Origin: an uncultured Acidobacteriota bacterium
Lineage (GTDB): Bacteria; Acidobacteriota; Polarisedimenticolia; Polarisedimenticolales; JAIQFR01
Length of the DNA stretch: 64,000 nucleotides
Direction: 5' to 3'
NCBI GenBank assembly: GCA_937864465.1
Contig: CALMJU010000083.1
Location: 47,456-111,455 of the forward strand
In this document: positions 46,966-55,658 of the stretch, piece after piece
Layout: each line of letters opens with the position of its first letter
Position numbering within the stretch: the first letter of the stretch is position 1
Position numbers and translations under genes: made by a program
The notes under the pieces: generated by a model
What the model was told of the DNA's origin: nothing
The model's input: the letters and a program-made list of their open reading frames with translations, nothing else
The model's database searches: none

Positions 46966-49066
46966 CCGAAGACGCGGTGTCCGAGCCGAGGATTCGATAG
47001 CCGGTCAGGCACGGGTCCGCCACCGGATCCCAGCAGAGCTGCACGTCGCCCCCCGACTTGCTCACCAGGAGCCCCTGCACCTCCGCGGTCGGGACGCACT
47101 GCGTCGTCGCCTGGACCTCCACCGGGTAGACGTAGCTCGGGTCGCCGTAGACCTGCGTCGGGTACACCAGGCTCTCGTACGTCGTCACGATCCCGCTCGA
47201 CGGGTCCTGGTACGCCGAGCGCGAGGTCACCGTGAAGTAGTAGGTCGTCCCCCTCTCGAGCCCCGACACCGTCGCCGTCGTCCCGGAGAAGGAGACCTGG
47301 CCCGGATTCGCGTCCGAGTCGAACGCGTATCCGCTCGCCCCTCCGGAGTCGGTGTCCCAGTAGATCTTGTAGCTCGAGACCCGGTGGGTGTCGTTCCCGG
47401 GGTCCCAGGACAGCGCGACGCTCGTCTCGGTCGCCGTCCCGGCGGAGATCGACCGGGGAGGGTAGAGACCGAACGTGATGTTCGTCAGGTCCACGGTCGT
47501 GAACGACGTCGGATCCGACACCACCTGCGGGGACTGCAGGAGCACGACGGAACCGAGGTAGGGGACCTGCCACAGGTACACGACGGTGCGGACCTCGTCC
47601 ACCCGCCCGAGGAAGGAGCAGCTCTGCCCCAGGTACACGCAGAAGTCCGCGACGGTCCTGAGGACCAGGGCGTTGAACGTGTGGCCGGAGGGGAGCGTCA
47701 CGACGCCCCCCTTGACGACCGAGCCCGACTGCGTCCCGGCGTGGGAGCCGCATCCGATCGAGTCCACGTTCTTCCCGGCGCTCCAGAGCTTGTCGAGGAA
47801 CTGCGACTCGCCGCAGATCTGGTTGAAGATGTTCTGCTCGCAGTTGAACGCCGCGCTGGTCCACGAGTCCCCGGCCTGCATGTACCAGCCGATCTCGTCC
47901 TGGTGCGGGAACCTCCAGAGCGGCACCTGCGTCCGCACCTTGCCGTTGGGGTCCGTTCCGATGTAGCAGAAGCGGCTCTCCCCGTCGCCGAATGTCCCGC
48001 TCTTCCCCTCGTGCTGGGCGCCCGCGCGGATCCAGATCGTCACGTCGGCCGCCCGGTCCTCCCGCTGGGCCGCGTCGTTGGTCTTGTCGAGCGTGTCGGG
48101 ATCGTCGAAGTTCTTGTCGGTCCGCTCGAGCACCGCCCCCGTCTCCGTGTAGCCGCACTGATCGAAGTTGCAGGTCTCGGATGCGTCGATCGGCGTGGAG
48201 GTCGAGGCCACCTCGGATCCGCTCGTCGGCGGCGAGAAGTTCCAGGTGCTCGCCGCGATCAGTTCCCCGACCGTCGAGTAGCCCGGCGTCGTCAGGGACG
48301 ACACGGCCGTGCCCTCCCCGCGGTCCCAGCCGTAGTTGACCCCGGCGCGGGTTCCCCGCCAGAGCGCTTCGAGGTAGATCTTGAGGTCCGCCGCCCCGGC
48401 GAGCACCTCCTGCACGATCTCGGCCGACGACGCCTCGAGCCGCTCGGATCCTCCGGGCCACGTCGGGCCGGAGATCTCGGCGACAACGCCCGCGAGCGGG
48501 TCGATCCATCGATGGACGACGATCTCTCTTCCGGCGAGGGAGCCGTCGAGGGGCTCGATCGAGACAAGGGCGCGCTGCAGCGACACCTCGCGCGGCCCCG
48601 ACGGAAGGTGCAGCCACCCGATCCCCACGATCTCAGTCTCGACGAAGAGTCTCTCCCGCGTTCCTCCGCTCTCCGTCTCGAGCCGCAGCGCCCGTCTCGC
48701 CCCGGGGCGCAACCCGTCCCGGTCCCGGTCGGGAAAGACCCAGGCGGCAGCGTCCCCCTCGGGACCGAGGTCGGTGTACCGGACCTCCCGCGGAGCCACG
48801 CCTCCCTCTCCCCCCGCGGGGAGGTCCCGGACCACCGCGCTGTCCGGTGCCTCGGCGAACTCGCGGACGACCTCCGCACGCCCTTCGAGGCGGGCCAGGT
48901 CCCACCGCGTCTTCCCCTCGGGGTGCGTCAGGTCGGAAGGAAGGAACTCACCCGCCTCGAGCGCCGCCAACCGGTGCCGCCGCTCGGGCTGCACGGGGGC
49001 CGCCGGATCGGCGGCCCAGGATGACGAGAGGACGAGAACGCATGCCGCGACCGCGATTCGAAGCAT
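46832..49066 (-). CDS. hypothetical secreted protein with C-terminal FN3-like domains
   Basis: Signal peptide MLRIAVAACVLVLSSSWA from ATG 49066 (GGAAAGGGGGG upstream). FN3-like block VALSWDPGNDTHRVSSYKIYWDTDSG...YYFTVTS and a second Cys-containing beta domain (LCWDPVADPCLTGYRILGS...YFLVVA). 744 aa. Confidence 0.7.
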   Translation of the reverse strand: MLRIAVAACVLVLSSSWAADPAAPVQPERRHRLAALEAGEFLPSDLTHPEGKTRWDLARLEGRAEVVREFAEAPDSAVVRDLPAGGEGGVAPREVRYTDLGPEGDAAAWVFPDRDRDGLRPGARRALRLETESGGTRERLFVETEIVGIGWLHLPSGPREVSLQRALVSIEPLDGSLAGREIVVHRWIDPLAGVVAEISGPTWPGGSERLEASSAEIVQEVLAGAADLKIYLEALWRGTRAGVNYGWDRGEGTAVSSLTTPGYSTVGELIAASTWNFSPPTSGSEVASTSTPIDASETCNFDQCGYTETGAVLERTDKNFDDPDTLDKTNDAAQREDRAADVTIWIRAGAQHEGKSGTFGDGESRFCYIGTDPNGKVRTQVPLWRFPHQDEIGWYMQAGDSWTSAAFNCEQNIFNQICGESQFLDKLWSAGKNVDSIGCGSHAGTQSGSVVKGGVVTLPSGHTFNALVLRTVADFCVYLGQSCSFLGRVDEVRTVVYLWQVPYLGSVVLLQSPQVVSDPTSFTTVDLTNITFGLYPPRSISAGTATETSVALSWDPGNDTHRVSSYKIYWDTDSGGASGYAFDSDANPGQVSFSGTTATVSGLERGTTYYFTVTSRSAYQDPSSGIVTTYESLVYPTQVYGDPSYVYPVEVQATTQCVPTAEVQGLLVSKSGGDVQLCWDPVADPCLTGYRILGSDTASSDAGFATIADTGPAETCWIGSPSQTYFLVVARGTGGTGPWGHYGH

Positions 49067-49203
49067 CGGCCCCCCTTTCCGCCGCTTCTCACGTGGGCGG
49101 ACCCGGAGCCCGGCCCGCACTTCTTTTACAGCGAAGGCCGAGCCGGAACAAGAGGACGTGAGCGAAGTCGCGGGGGGCCTGCGAGCGAAAAGCTTCAAAA
49201 CCT

Positions 49204-50103
49204 CTAGAGAATCCGGTTCCGGAAGGGGTCGCCGATCGAGCGCGGCACCCCGCGCTCCGCCGGGGGATCCCGGCGGCCCCCCCCGGCCCGGTCGGCCTCG
49301 CGCGCGAGCCGCCGCAGGCTCGCGATCGCCCGGCTCTGCATCTGGCGGACCCGCTCCCGGCTCAGATCCAGGAGCTCGCCCACCTCCGCGAGCGTCTTCC
49401 GAGGGTGGCCGTCGAGACCGAAGCGCCAGACGAGGATCCGCTGCTGCCGGTCGGGAAGCTCCGAGAGGAGCTTCCAGAGCAGGCTCTCGCGGTCCTCCCG
49501 GAAGAGACCCGCGTCCGGAGCGGCGTCCGGGCGCCCTGCGATCGTCTCCTCGAGGAGCAGGGTCGCCATGCCGCCGGCCCGCTCTTGCAGGGAGACCTCC
49601 CGGCGGCAGTATCCGAGAAGCGTCTCCACGTCGCGGACCGGCATCCCGGCCTCGCGTGCGATCTCCTCGGTGGTCGGCGGCCTCCCGATCGCCGCCGCGA
49701 CGTCGTGCTCGGCCGCGCGCACACGCGTGAGCCGCCGCAGCCGGTACCGGGGCACCCGGACGAGGCTGGCCTGCCGCATCGCGATCTCGCCGATCCGCTT
49801 CCGGGCCCACCAGAGGCCGTACGTGATGAATCGCACGCCGCGCTTCGGATCGAAGCGCCCCGCCGCCTCGATGAGCCCGAGGATCCCCTCGCCCTTCAGG
49901 TCCTCGAACGGGATCCCGAGGTGCCGGTACTCGCGCGCGAGCCAGGCCACCGACGCCTCGTGCCGCCGGACCAGCTCCCAGACCTGCTCGTCGTGGGAGC
50001 CGGACGAGCCTCGCGGCGCATCCGTGGGCTTCGAGCCCGTGTCTTTGCCGTGGAACCCCGGCTCGAGGCGATGTGCCACCGCCGTCCCCCCCGGAACGGA
50101 CAT
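49204..50103 (-). CDS. sigma-70 family RNA polymerase sigma factor (group 3-like, regions 2-4)
   Basis: Region 2 (GILGLIEAAGRFDPKRGVRFITYGLWWARKRI), region 3 (TTEEIAREAGMPVRDVE), region 4 (TLAEVGELLDLSRERVRQMQSRAIASLRR). Start at ATG 50103 is tentative. The rest of the 568-aa track ORF is shadow of the HD gene. Confidence 0.8.
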   Translation of the reverse strand: MSVPGGTAVAHRLEPGFHGKDTGSKPTDAPRGSSGSHDEQVWELVRRHEASVAWLAREYRHLGIPFEDLKGEGILGLIEAAGRFDPKRGVRFITYGLWWARKRIGEIAMRQASLVRVPRYRLRRLTRVRAAEHDVAAAIGRPPTTEEIAREAGMPVRDVETLLGYCRREVSLQERAGGMATLLLEETIAGRPDAAPDAGLFREDRESLLWKLLSELPDRQQRILVWRFGLDGHPRKTLAEVGELLDLSRERVRQMQSRAIASLRRLAREADRAGGGRRDPPAERGVPRSIGDPFRNRIL

Positions 50104-50322
50104 GTCCGCTTTCCTGCGCCTCGATCGGGAACCGTACGCGGAACGTCCGCCGGCGAGAAGCGGAATGACGCGGCCGGCGCAGGTATCTGCGGACATGCGG
50201 TCCGCTTCCGGTGCGGTCCGGCCTACAGCTTGGACCGCCGGAGACCCCGGCGGGGCCCGCCCGTCTGGACTGCCTCCGGGAAGCGGGCTACCCTGTTCGG
50301 TCCGCGCCGCGAGGAGACCCGC

Positions 50323-50865
50323 ATGAGAGACGAGATCCGAAAGCTCTGGCCCGAGGCGGATTGGATCGCCGATCCGGCCCTTCGAGACAAAGTCCTGGCG
50401 ACCTGGGAGAAGGCGTTCGAGTGGAGCCCTCTCGAACCCCGGGACCTCCGGGAGATCCCCTTCACCCTCCTCGTCCCCGACTGCCCGATCACCTTCATGG
50501 AGCACAAGCGCTGCGTCGTCCACATCGCCCGCCGTGCCGCGGAGGCGATGCGGGAGCACCTGGGCAGGGCGCTCCCGATCGACATGGACACCGTGATCGC
50601 CGGCGCGATCCTGGCCGACGTCGGCAAGCTCCTCGAGTACGAGAAGGTGGACGGCAAGGCGCGGCAGAGCCCGCGCGGGGAGGCGCTCCGCCACCCGTTC
50701 ACGGGGGTCGCGATCGCCATGATGTGCGGCGTCCCGGACGCCGTCTGCCACGTCGTCGCCACGCACGCGGGCGAGGGCGATCTCGTGAAGAGGAGCACCG
50801 AGGCCTACATCGTGCACCACGCCGACTTCATGAGCTTCCTTCCGTTCAAGAACCTGAAAAAGTGA
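50323..50865 (+). CDS. HD-domain metal-dependent phosphohydrolase
   Basis: HKRCVVHIARRA, LADVGK and ATHAGEGD give an HD-superfamily His/Asp pattern. 180 aa. GAGGAG lies upstream of ATG 50323. Confidence 0.7.
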   Translation: MRDEIRKLWPEADWIADPALRDKVLATWEKAFEWSPLEPRDLREIPFTLLVPDCPITFMEHKRCVVHIARRAAEAMREHLGRALPIDMDTVIAGAILADVGKLLEYEKVDGKARQSPRGEALRHPFTGVAIAMMCGVPDAVCHVVATHAGEGDLVKRSTEAYIVHHADFMSFLPFKNLKK

Positions 50866-50872
50866 GGAGAGC

Positions 50873-52270
50873 ATGAGCGCCACGCCGACGGGCTCGAAGG
50901 AAACCATCACCGCGAGGATCTCCCGGTACGCCGCCGGCGTGCGCTACGACGCGATCGCCCCCGAGGCGGCGCACGAGGCGAAGCGGTACCTTCTCGACTC
51001 GATCGGCTGCGCCCTCGGCGGATTCCTCCAGCACGACTGCCGGATCGCGCTCGACGTGCTCGGCGAGCACGCGGGGCGGGGGCCCTGCACGGTCGTCGGG
51101 ACCGGGGCGCGGATGGACCCGGTCACGGCGTCGCTCCTGAACGCGCTCATGGTGCGCGTGATGGACTACAACGACATCTACTGGAAGCAGGACCCCTCGC
51201 ACCCCTCGGACATCATCCCCGCCGCGATCGCGTGCGGGGAGCGGGCGGGGAAGGACGGCCGGGAGCTGATCGTCGGCATCGTGCTCGGCTACGAGTTCGA
51301 GCAGCGCCTGTGCGAGGCGGCGTTCCCCGGAATCCGGGAGCGCGGCTGGCACCACGCCACGCTCACCGCGTTCGTCTCGCCGATCGTCGCGGCGAGGATG
51401 CTCGACCTCGACGCCGCGAGAATGCAGCATGCGATCGGGATCTCCGGCAGCCGCCATTTCACCCTCGGCGCGGCGGTCTCCGGGAAGCTCTCGATGGTCA
51501 AGAACACGGTGGACCCGCTCGCGACGCAGAGCGGCGTCCTCGCCGCGCTCCTCGCCGAGAAGGGATACACCGGCCCCGAGCACGTGATCGACGGCAAGGA
51601 GGGGATGGTCCACTGTCTCGGCCCGGAGTGGAAGCTCGGAATCCTCGAGGAGGGGCTCGGAGCGTCGTGGCGGATCGTGCAGTGCAGCATGAAGGCGTAC
51701 CCGACGGAGGCGCTGACCCACACGCCGATCTCGGCGGTGCTCGACCTCGTGCGGGAGCACGACCTGAAGCCCGACCGGATCGCGAAGGTCCACATCCGCT
51801 CCCTTGCCCGCGCGGCCGACATCCTGTCCGACCCCTCGAAGTACGACCCGCGCACGAAGGAGACGGCCGACCACTCCCTCCCGTACGTCGTCGCCGCCGC
51901 GATCGCGGAGCGGCAGGTGACCCCGGCGCAGTTCCGGGACGAGAAGATCCTGGATCCCGTGATCCGGGCGCAGCTCCCGAAGGTCGAGGTCGTCGCGGAC
52001 CCGGAGATCGAGAAGCTCTTCCCGAAGCTCTACCGGACGATCGTGAAGATCACGACGGCCGACGGAGGCACGTTCGAGAAGCAGGTGGACTTCCCGAAGG
52101 GAGACCCCCGGAACCCGCTGACCGACCGCGAGGTCGAGGAGAAGTTCGAGGCGCTCGCGGACCGGGTGCTGTCGAAGGAGCGCCAGAGGAAGGTCAAGGA
52201 CGCCGTCTGGGGGCTCGAGAAGCTCCGCTCGATCGGGGACCTGATGGGCCTTCTGGCGACCGACCGGTAG
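50873..52270 (+). CDS. MmgE/PrpD family protein (2-methylcitrate dehydratase family)
   Basis: 465 aa. DSIGCALGG, VMDYNDIY, HPSDIIPAAIA, KAYPTEALTHTP and DHSLPYVVAAA are the family pattern. Substrate unknown. Confidence 0.85.
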   Translation: MSATPTGSKETITARISRYAAGVRYDAIAPEAAHEAKRYLLDSIGCALGGFLQHDCRIALDVLGEHAGRGPCTVVGTGARMDPVTASLLNALMVRVMDYNDIYWKQDPSHPSDIIPAAIACGERAGKDGRELIVGIVLGYEFEQRLCEAAFPGIRERGWHHATLTAFVSPIVAARMLDLDAARMQHAIGISGSRHFTLGAAVSGKLSMVKNTVDPLATQSGVLAALLAEKGYTGPEHVIDGKEGMVHCLGPEWKLGILEEGLGASWRIVQCSMKAYPTEALTHTPISAVLDLVREHDLKPDRIAKVHIRSLARAADILSDPSKYDPRTKETADHSLPYVVAAAIAERQVTPAQFRDEKILDPVIRAQLPKVEVVADPEIEKLFPKLYRTIVKITTADGGTFEKQVDFPKGDPRNPLTDREVEEKFEALADRVLSKERQRKVKDAVWGLEKLRSIGDLMGLLATDR

Positions 52271-52283
52271 GGAGAGGCGCGCG

Positions 52284-54218
52284 ATGGGACAGACCGCGAT
52301 CGAGAAGATCGTTCAGAGCCACATGGCCGAGGGGCCGGGGGACCGGCCGGTGCGCGCCGGCGACTTCGTGTCGCTCCGCCCGCGGCACGTGATGACGCAC
52401 GACAACACCTCGGCGGTCCTGAAGAAGTTCCGGTCGCTCGGGGTGCCGAAGGTGAAGGACCCGAGGCAGCCGGTCTTCGCCCTCGACCACGACATCCAGA
52501 ACTCGTCGGACGACAACCTCAGGAAGTACCGCTCGATCGAGGCGTTCGCGAGGGAGCAGGGGATCGACTTCTACCCTGCCGGGACCGGCATCGGGCACCA
52601 GATCGTGTGCGAGCAGCTCTACGCGGCGCCGGGGGCGCTCGTCGTGGCCTCGGACTCCCACAGCAACATGTACGGCGCCTTGGGCGCGCTCGGCACGCCG
52701 ATCGTCCGGACCGACGCGGCGGCCGCCTGGGCCACGAGCGAGTTCTGGTGGCAGGTGCCGCCGGCGGTCCAGGTCGTGCTCGAGGGCGCCCTCGGGGGAG
52801 GAGCGACCGGGAAGGACGTCATCCTCGCGCTGTGCGGCCTCTATCCCGACGACGTGCTGAACGCCGCCGTAGAGTTCGCGGGGCCGGGGGTCGCGGGCCT
52901 CTCGATGGACTCCCGGATGGCGATCGCCAACATGACGACCGAGTGGGGCGCGCTCGCGGGGTGGTTCCCGGTGGACCGCGTGACTCTCGACTGGGCCCGG
53001 GGCCGGCTCGCGCGCGGCGCCAAGGGATCGAGCGCTTCCGATCTCGCCTCCTGGGAGAAGGACCCTCCCCGGCCCGACGCGGACGCCTCCTACTCGCTCC
53101 GGATCCGTCTCGACCTCTCCGAGGTCGTGCCGCACGTCGCGGGTCCCGACGCGGTGCAGGTCGCGACTCCCCTGCCGGAGATCGAGGCGAAGGGGATCGC
53201 GATCCGGAAGGCGTATCTCGTGTCGTGCGTCAACTCGCGCCTCGAGGACCTCGAGGCCGCGGCCCGCGTCCTCGAGGGGAAGAGGGTCGCGGCGGGCGTC
53301 TCCTTCTACGTCGCGGCCGCCTCGAGGGAGATCCAGGAGGAGGCGGAGCGCCGGGGCGCCTGGAAGACGATCCTCGACGCCGGGGCGATCCCGTTGCCTC
53401 CGAGCTGCGGCCCCTGCATCGGCCTCGGCACCGGCCTTCTCGAGGCGGGCGAGGCCGGCATCTCGGCGACGAACCGGAACTTCAAGGGCCGGATGGGATC
53501 CCGCGACGCGAAGTGCTACCTCGCGAGCCCCGAGGTCGTGGCGGCGTCCGCCGTGGCCGGGAGGATCGCGGGGCCGAGGAAGTCCTCCTCGCGGCGGCCC
53601 GGCCGGAGGATCGAGGTCCTCGCGCCGCCCGCCCCGCCGGCGGAGAAGGTCGCGATCCTCGAGGGGTTCCCCTCCCGAGTCCGCGGCCGCCTCGTCTTCG
53701 CCCCGCAGGACAACCTGAACACCGACGGGATCTACGGGAAGGACTACACGTATCGCGAGGACATGACCCGCGAGGACATGGCCCGCGTCGTGATGGAGAA
53801 CTACGATCCCGACTTCGCGAAGCGAGCGCGGGCGGGCGACGTGCTCGTGGGCGGGTTCAACTTCGGGACCGGATCCAGCCGCGAGCAGGCGGTCACGGCG
53901 CTCCAGGCCAAGGGGATCCCCCTCGTGGTCGCCGGGAGCTTCTCGCAGACCTACCTGCGGAACGCGTTCAACAACGGGTTCCTCTGCATCGAGGTCCCGG
54001 ATCTCGTGCGGCGGCTCCGGGAGGCCTTCGCCTCGGAGATCGCGGCGAAGACGAGGACGGTCCTCCCGGGCGACGAGGCGGACGTGGACTTCGTCTCGGG
54101 AACGCTCGCGTTCCGAGGGGAGACGTTCCGCTTCCCGCCGCTCGGGAGCGTCCCGCAGTCGCTCGTCGTCGCGGGGGGCGTCGAGAACCTGGTCCGCCGG
54201 AAACTCGGCCTCGCGTAG
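52284..54218 (+). CDS. aconitase-family hydratase, fused large and small (LeuC/LeuD-like) domains (homoaconitase / Aquifex-type aconitase class)
   Basis: VMTHDNT, GIGHQ, ASDSHSNMYGALG, the SCVNSR and SCGPCIGLG Fe-S ligands, ATNRNFKGRMG, and a swivel domain with GFNFGTGSSREQA. 644 aa. Confidence 0.88.
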   Translation: MGQTAIEKIVQSHMAEGPGDRPVRAGDFVSLRPRHVMTHDNTSAVLKKFRSLGVPKVKDPRQPVFALDHDIQNSSDDNLRKYRSIEAFAREQGIDFYPAGTGIGHQIVCEQLYAAPGALVVASDSHSNMYGALGALGTPIVRTDAAAAWATSEFWWQVPPAVQVVLEGALGGGATGKDVILALCGLYPDDVLNAAVEFAGPGVAGLSMDSRMAIANMTTEWGALAGWFPVDRVTLDWARGRLARGAKGSSASDLASWEKDPPRPDADASYSLRIRLDLSEVVPHVAGPDAVQVATPLPEIEAKGIAIRKAYLVSCVNSRLEDLEAAARVLEGKRVAAGVSFYVAAASREIQEEAERRGAWKTILDAGAIPLPPSCGPCIGLGTGLLEAGEAGISATNRNFKGRMGSRDAKCYLASPEVVAASAVAGRIAGPRKSSSRRPGRRIEVLAPPAPPAEKVAILEGFPSRVRGRLVFAPQDNLNTDGIYGKDYTYREDMTREDMARVVMENYDPDFAKRARAGDVLVGGFNFGTGSSREQAVTALQAKGIPLVVAGSFSQTYLRNAFNNGFLCIEVPDLVRRLREAFASEIAAKTRTVLPGDEADVDFVSGTLAFRGETFRFPPLGSVPQSLVVAGGVENLVRRKLGLA

Positions 54219-54273
54219 AGAGGAAACGGGCAACCGCCCGACACGAAATCACGAGGAAGCTGGAGGCATCCCC

Positions 54274-55458
54274 ATGGCGCGTCACACGGTCGTCACGATG
54301 CCGGGAGACGGGATCGGCAAGGTCGTCCTCCCGGAATCGCTCCGGGTCCTGAATGCGGTCGGATTCGAGGCCGACTACGTCCACGCCGACATCGGATGGG
54401 ACTGCTGGATCGAGGAGGGGAACGCCCTCCCCGACCGGACGGTCGAGATGCTCGCGAGGCACCGGCTCGGCCTCTTCGGCGCGATCACGTCGAAGCCGAA
54501 GGCGAAGGCCGACGCGGAGCTCAAGCCGGAGCTCCGCGGCAAGGGGCTGAGCTACTTCAGCCCGATCGTCGGCATGCGGCAGAAGTTCGGCCTGGACGTC
54601 TGCGTCCGCCCCTGCCGGTCCTTCGCGGGGAACCCGCTGAACTTCATCCGCAAGAAGCCCGGCGGCGGCTTCGAGGAGCCGAGCGTCGACGCCGTGATCT
54701 TCCGCCAGAACACCGAGGGGATGTACGCCGGCGTCGAGTGGACGAACCCGTCCGCGGGCGTCCGCGACGCGCTCGCCTCGCACCCGAAGTTCAAGCCGTT
54801 CCGCGACGTCCCCGGCCCCGACCTCGCGGTCTCGGCCCGGATCGTCACCCGCTCCGGCTGCTTCCGGATCGCGAAGGCCGCATTCGAGCACGCGCGGAAG
54901 CACGGGTACAGGTCGGTCACGGTCTGCGAGAAGCCCAACGTCCTCCGCGAAACCTCCGGGATGATGGAGGAGGAGGCCAAGAAGGTCCAGAAGCTCTTCC
55001 CCGAGATCCCGCTCTGGTCGGTCAACATCGACGCCCAGATGATGTGGCTGACGAAGAACCCGGAGGAATACGGCGTCGTCGTCGCGACGAACCTCTTCGG
55101 CGACATCATCTCCGACGCCTTTGCCGGGCTGGTCGGGGGCCTGGGCTTCGCCTGCTCGGCGAACGTCGGGGCCGAGGTCGCCGTCTTCGAGCCGACCCAC
55201 GGATCCGCGCCGAAGTACGAGAAGCTCGACCCGCCGATCGTCAACCCGATCGCGATGATCCTCTCGGCCGCGATGATGCTCGACCACGTCGGCGAGGGGG
55301 AGAAGGCGGAGCGGATCCGCAAGGCGATCGCCGCGGTCGTTTCCGAAGGGAAGGTCCGCACGTACGACATGCTGCGGCTCCCCGGCGGCCCCGACGTCTT
55401 CAAGCACGGCGCCGCGACGACGGCCCGGATGACCGACGCGATCCTGGAGAGGCTCTAG
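54274..55458 (+). CDS. isocitrate/isopropylmalate dehydrogenase family oxidative decarboxylase
   Basis: MPGDGIGKVV, FGAITSKP, IFRQNTEGMYAG, NLFGDIISD and EPTHGSAPK are the family motifs. Substrate (isocitrate, homoisocitrate or other) is not resolvable by eye. Confidence 0.88.
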   Translation: MARHTVVTMPGDGIGKVVLPESLRVLNAVGFEADYVHADIGWDCWIEEGNALPDRTVEMLARHRLGLFGAITSKPKAKADAELKPELRGKGLSYFSPIVGMRQKFGLDVCVRPCRSFAGNPLNFIRKKPGGGFEEPSVDAVIFRQNTEGMYAGVEWTNPSAGVRDALASHPKFKPFRDVPGPDLAVSARIVTRSGCFRIAKAAFEHARKHGYRSVTVCEKPNVLRETSGMMEEEAKKVQKLFPEIPLWSVNIDAQMMWLTKNPEEYGVVVATNLFGDIISDAFAGLVGGLGFACSANVGAEVAVFEPTHGSAPKYEKLDPPIVNPIAMILSAAMMLDHVGEGEKAERIRKAIAAVVSEGKVRTYDMLRLPGGPDVFKHGAATTARMTDAILERL

Positions 55459-55479
55459 CTCATGATCGATCGCGCCCGA

Positions 55480-55617
55480 TCGCGGATTCGACCGGCGCGG
55501 CACGCTTCGGCGTTGCGCGGCCGAGGGTCGCCGCGCCGCCTCGCTCCGCGCGGCGAGCGGCCTTTCGACGAAGAACCGGCCGCTCGCCGCGAGGGCCGCT
55601 TGCGGTCGAATCCGCGA
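55480..55617 (+). promoter_or_regulatory. highly structured intergenic RNA element (nested perfect stems) upstream of citDE
   Basis: Outer 15-bp stem 55480-55494 / 55603-55617 (TCGCGGATTCGACCG / CGGTCGAATCCGCGA). Inner 13-bp hairpin 55550-55562 / 55578-55590 (GCGGCGAGCGGCC / GGCCGCTCGCCGC). ACGC-UUCG-GCGU tetraloop hairpin at 55502-55513. CGAGG/CCTCG stem at 55522-55543. Confidence 0.6.
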
Positions 55618-55618
55618 C

Positions 55619-55643
55619 GGACCGCGCAGGACCGGCAGGACCG
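55619..55643 (+). repeat. three tandem GGACCG motifs immediately upstream of the citDE Shine-Dalgarno sequence
   Basis: GGACCG at 55619-55624, 55629-55634 and 55638-55643, followed by AAGGAGG (55647-55653) and ATG 55659. Confidence 0.6.
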
Positions 55644-55658
55644 CGAAAGGAGGGCGCT

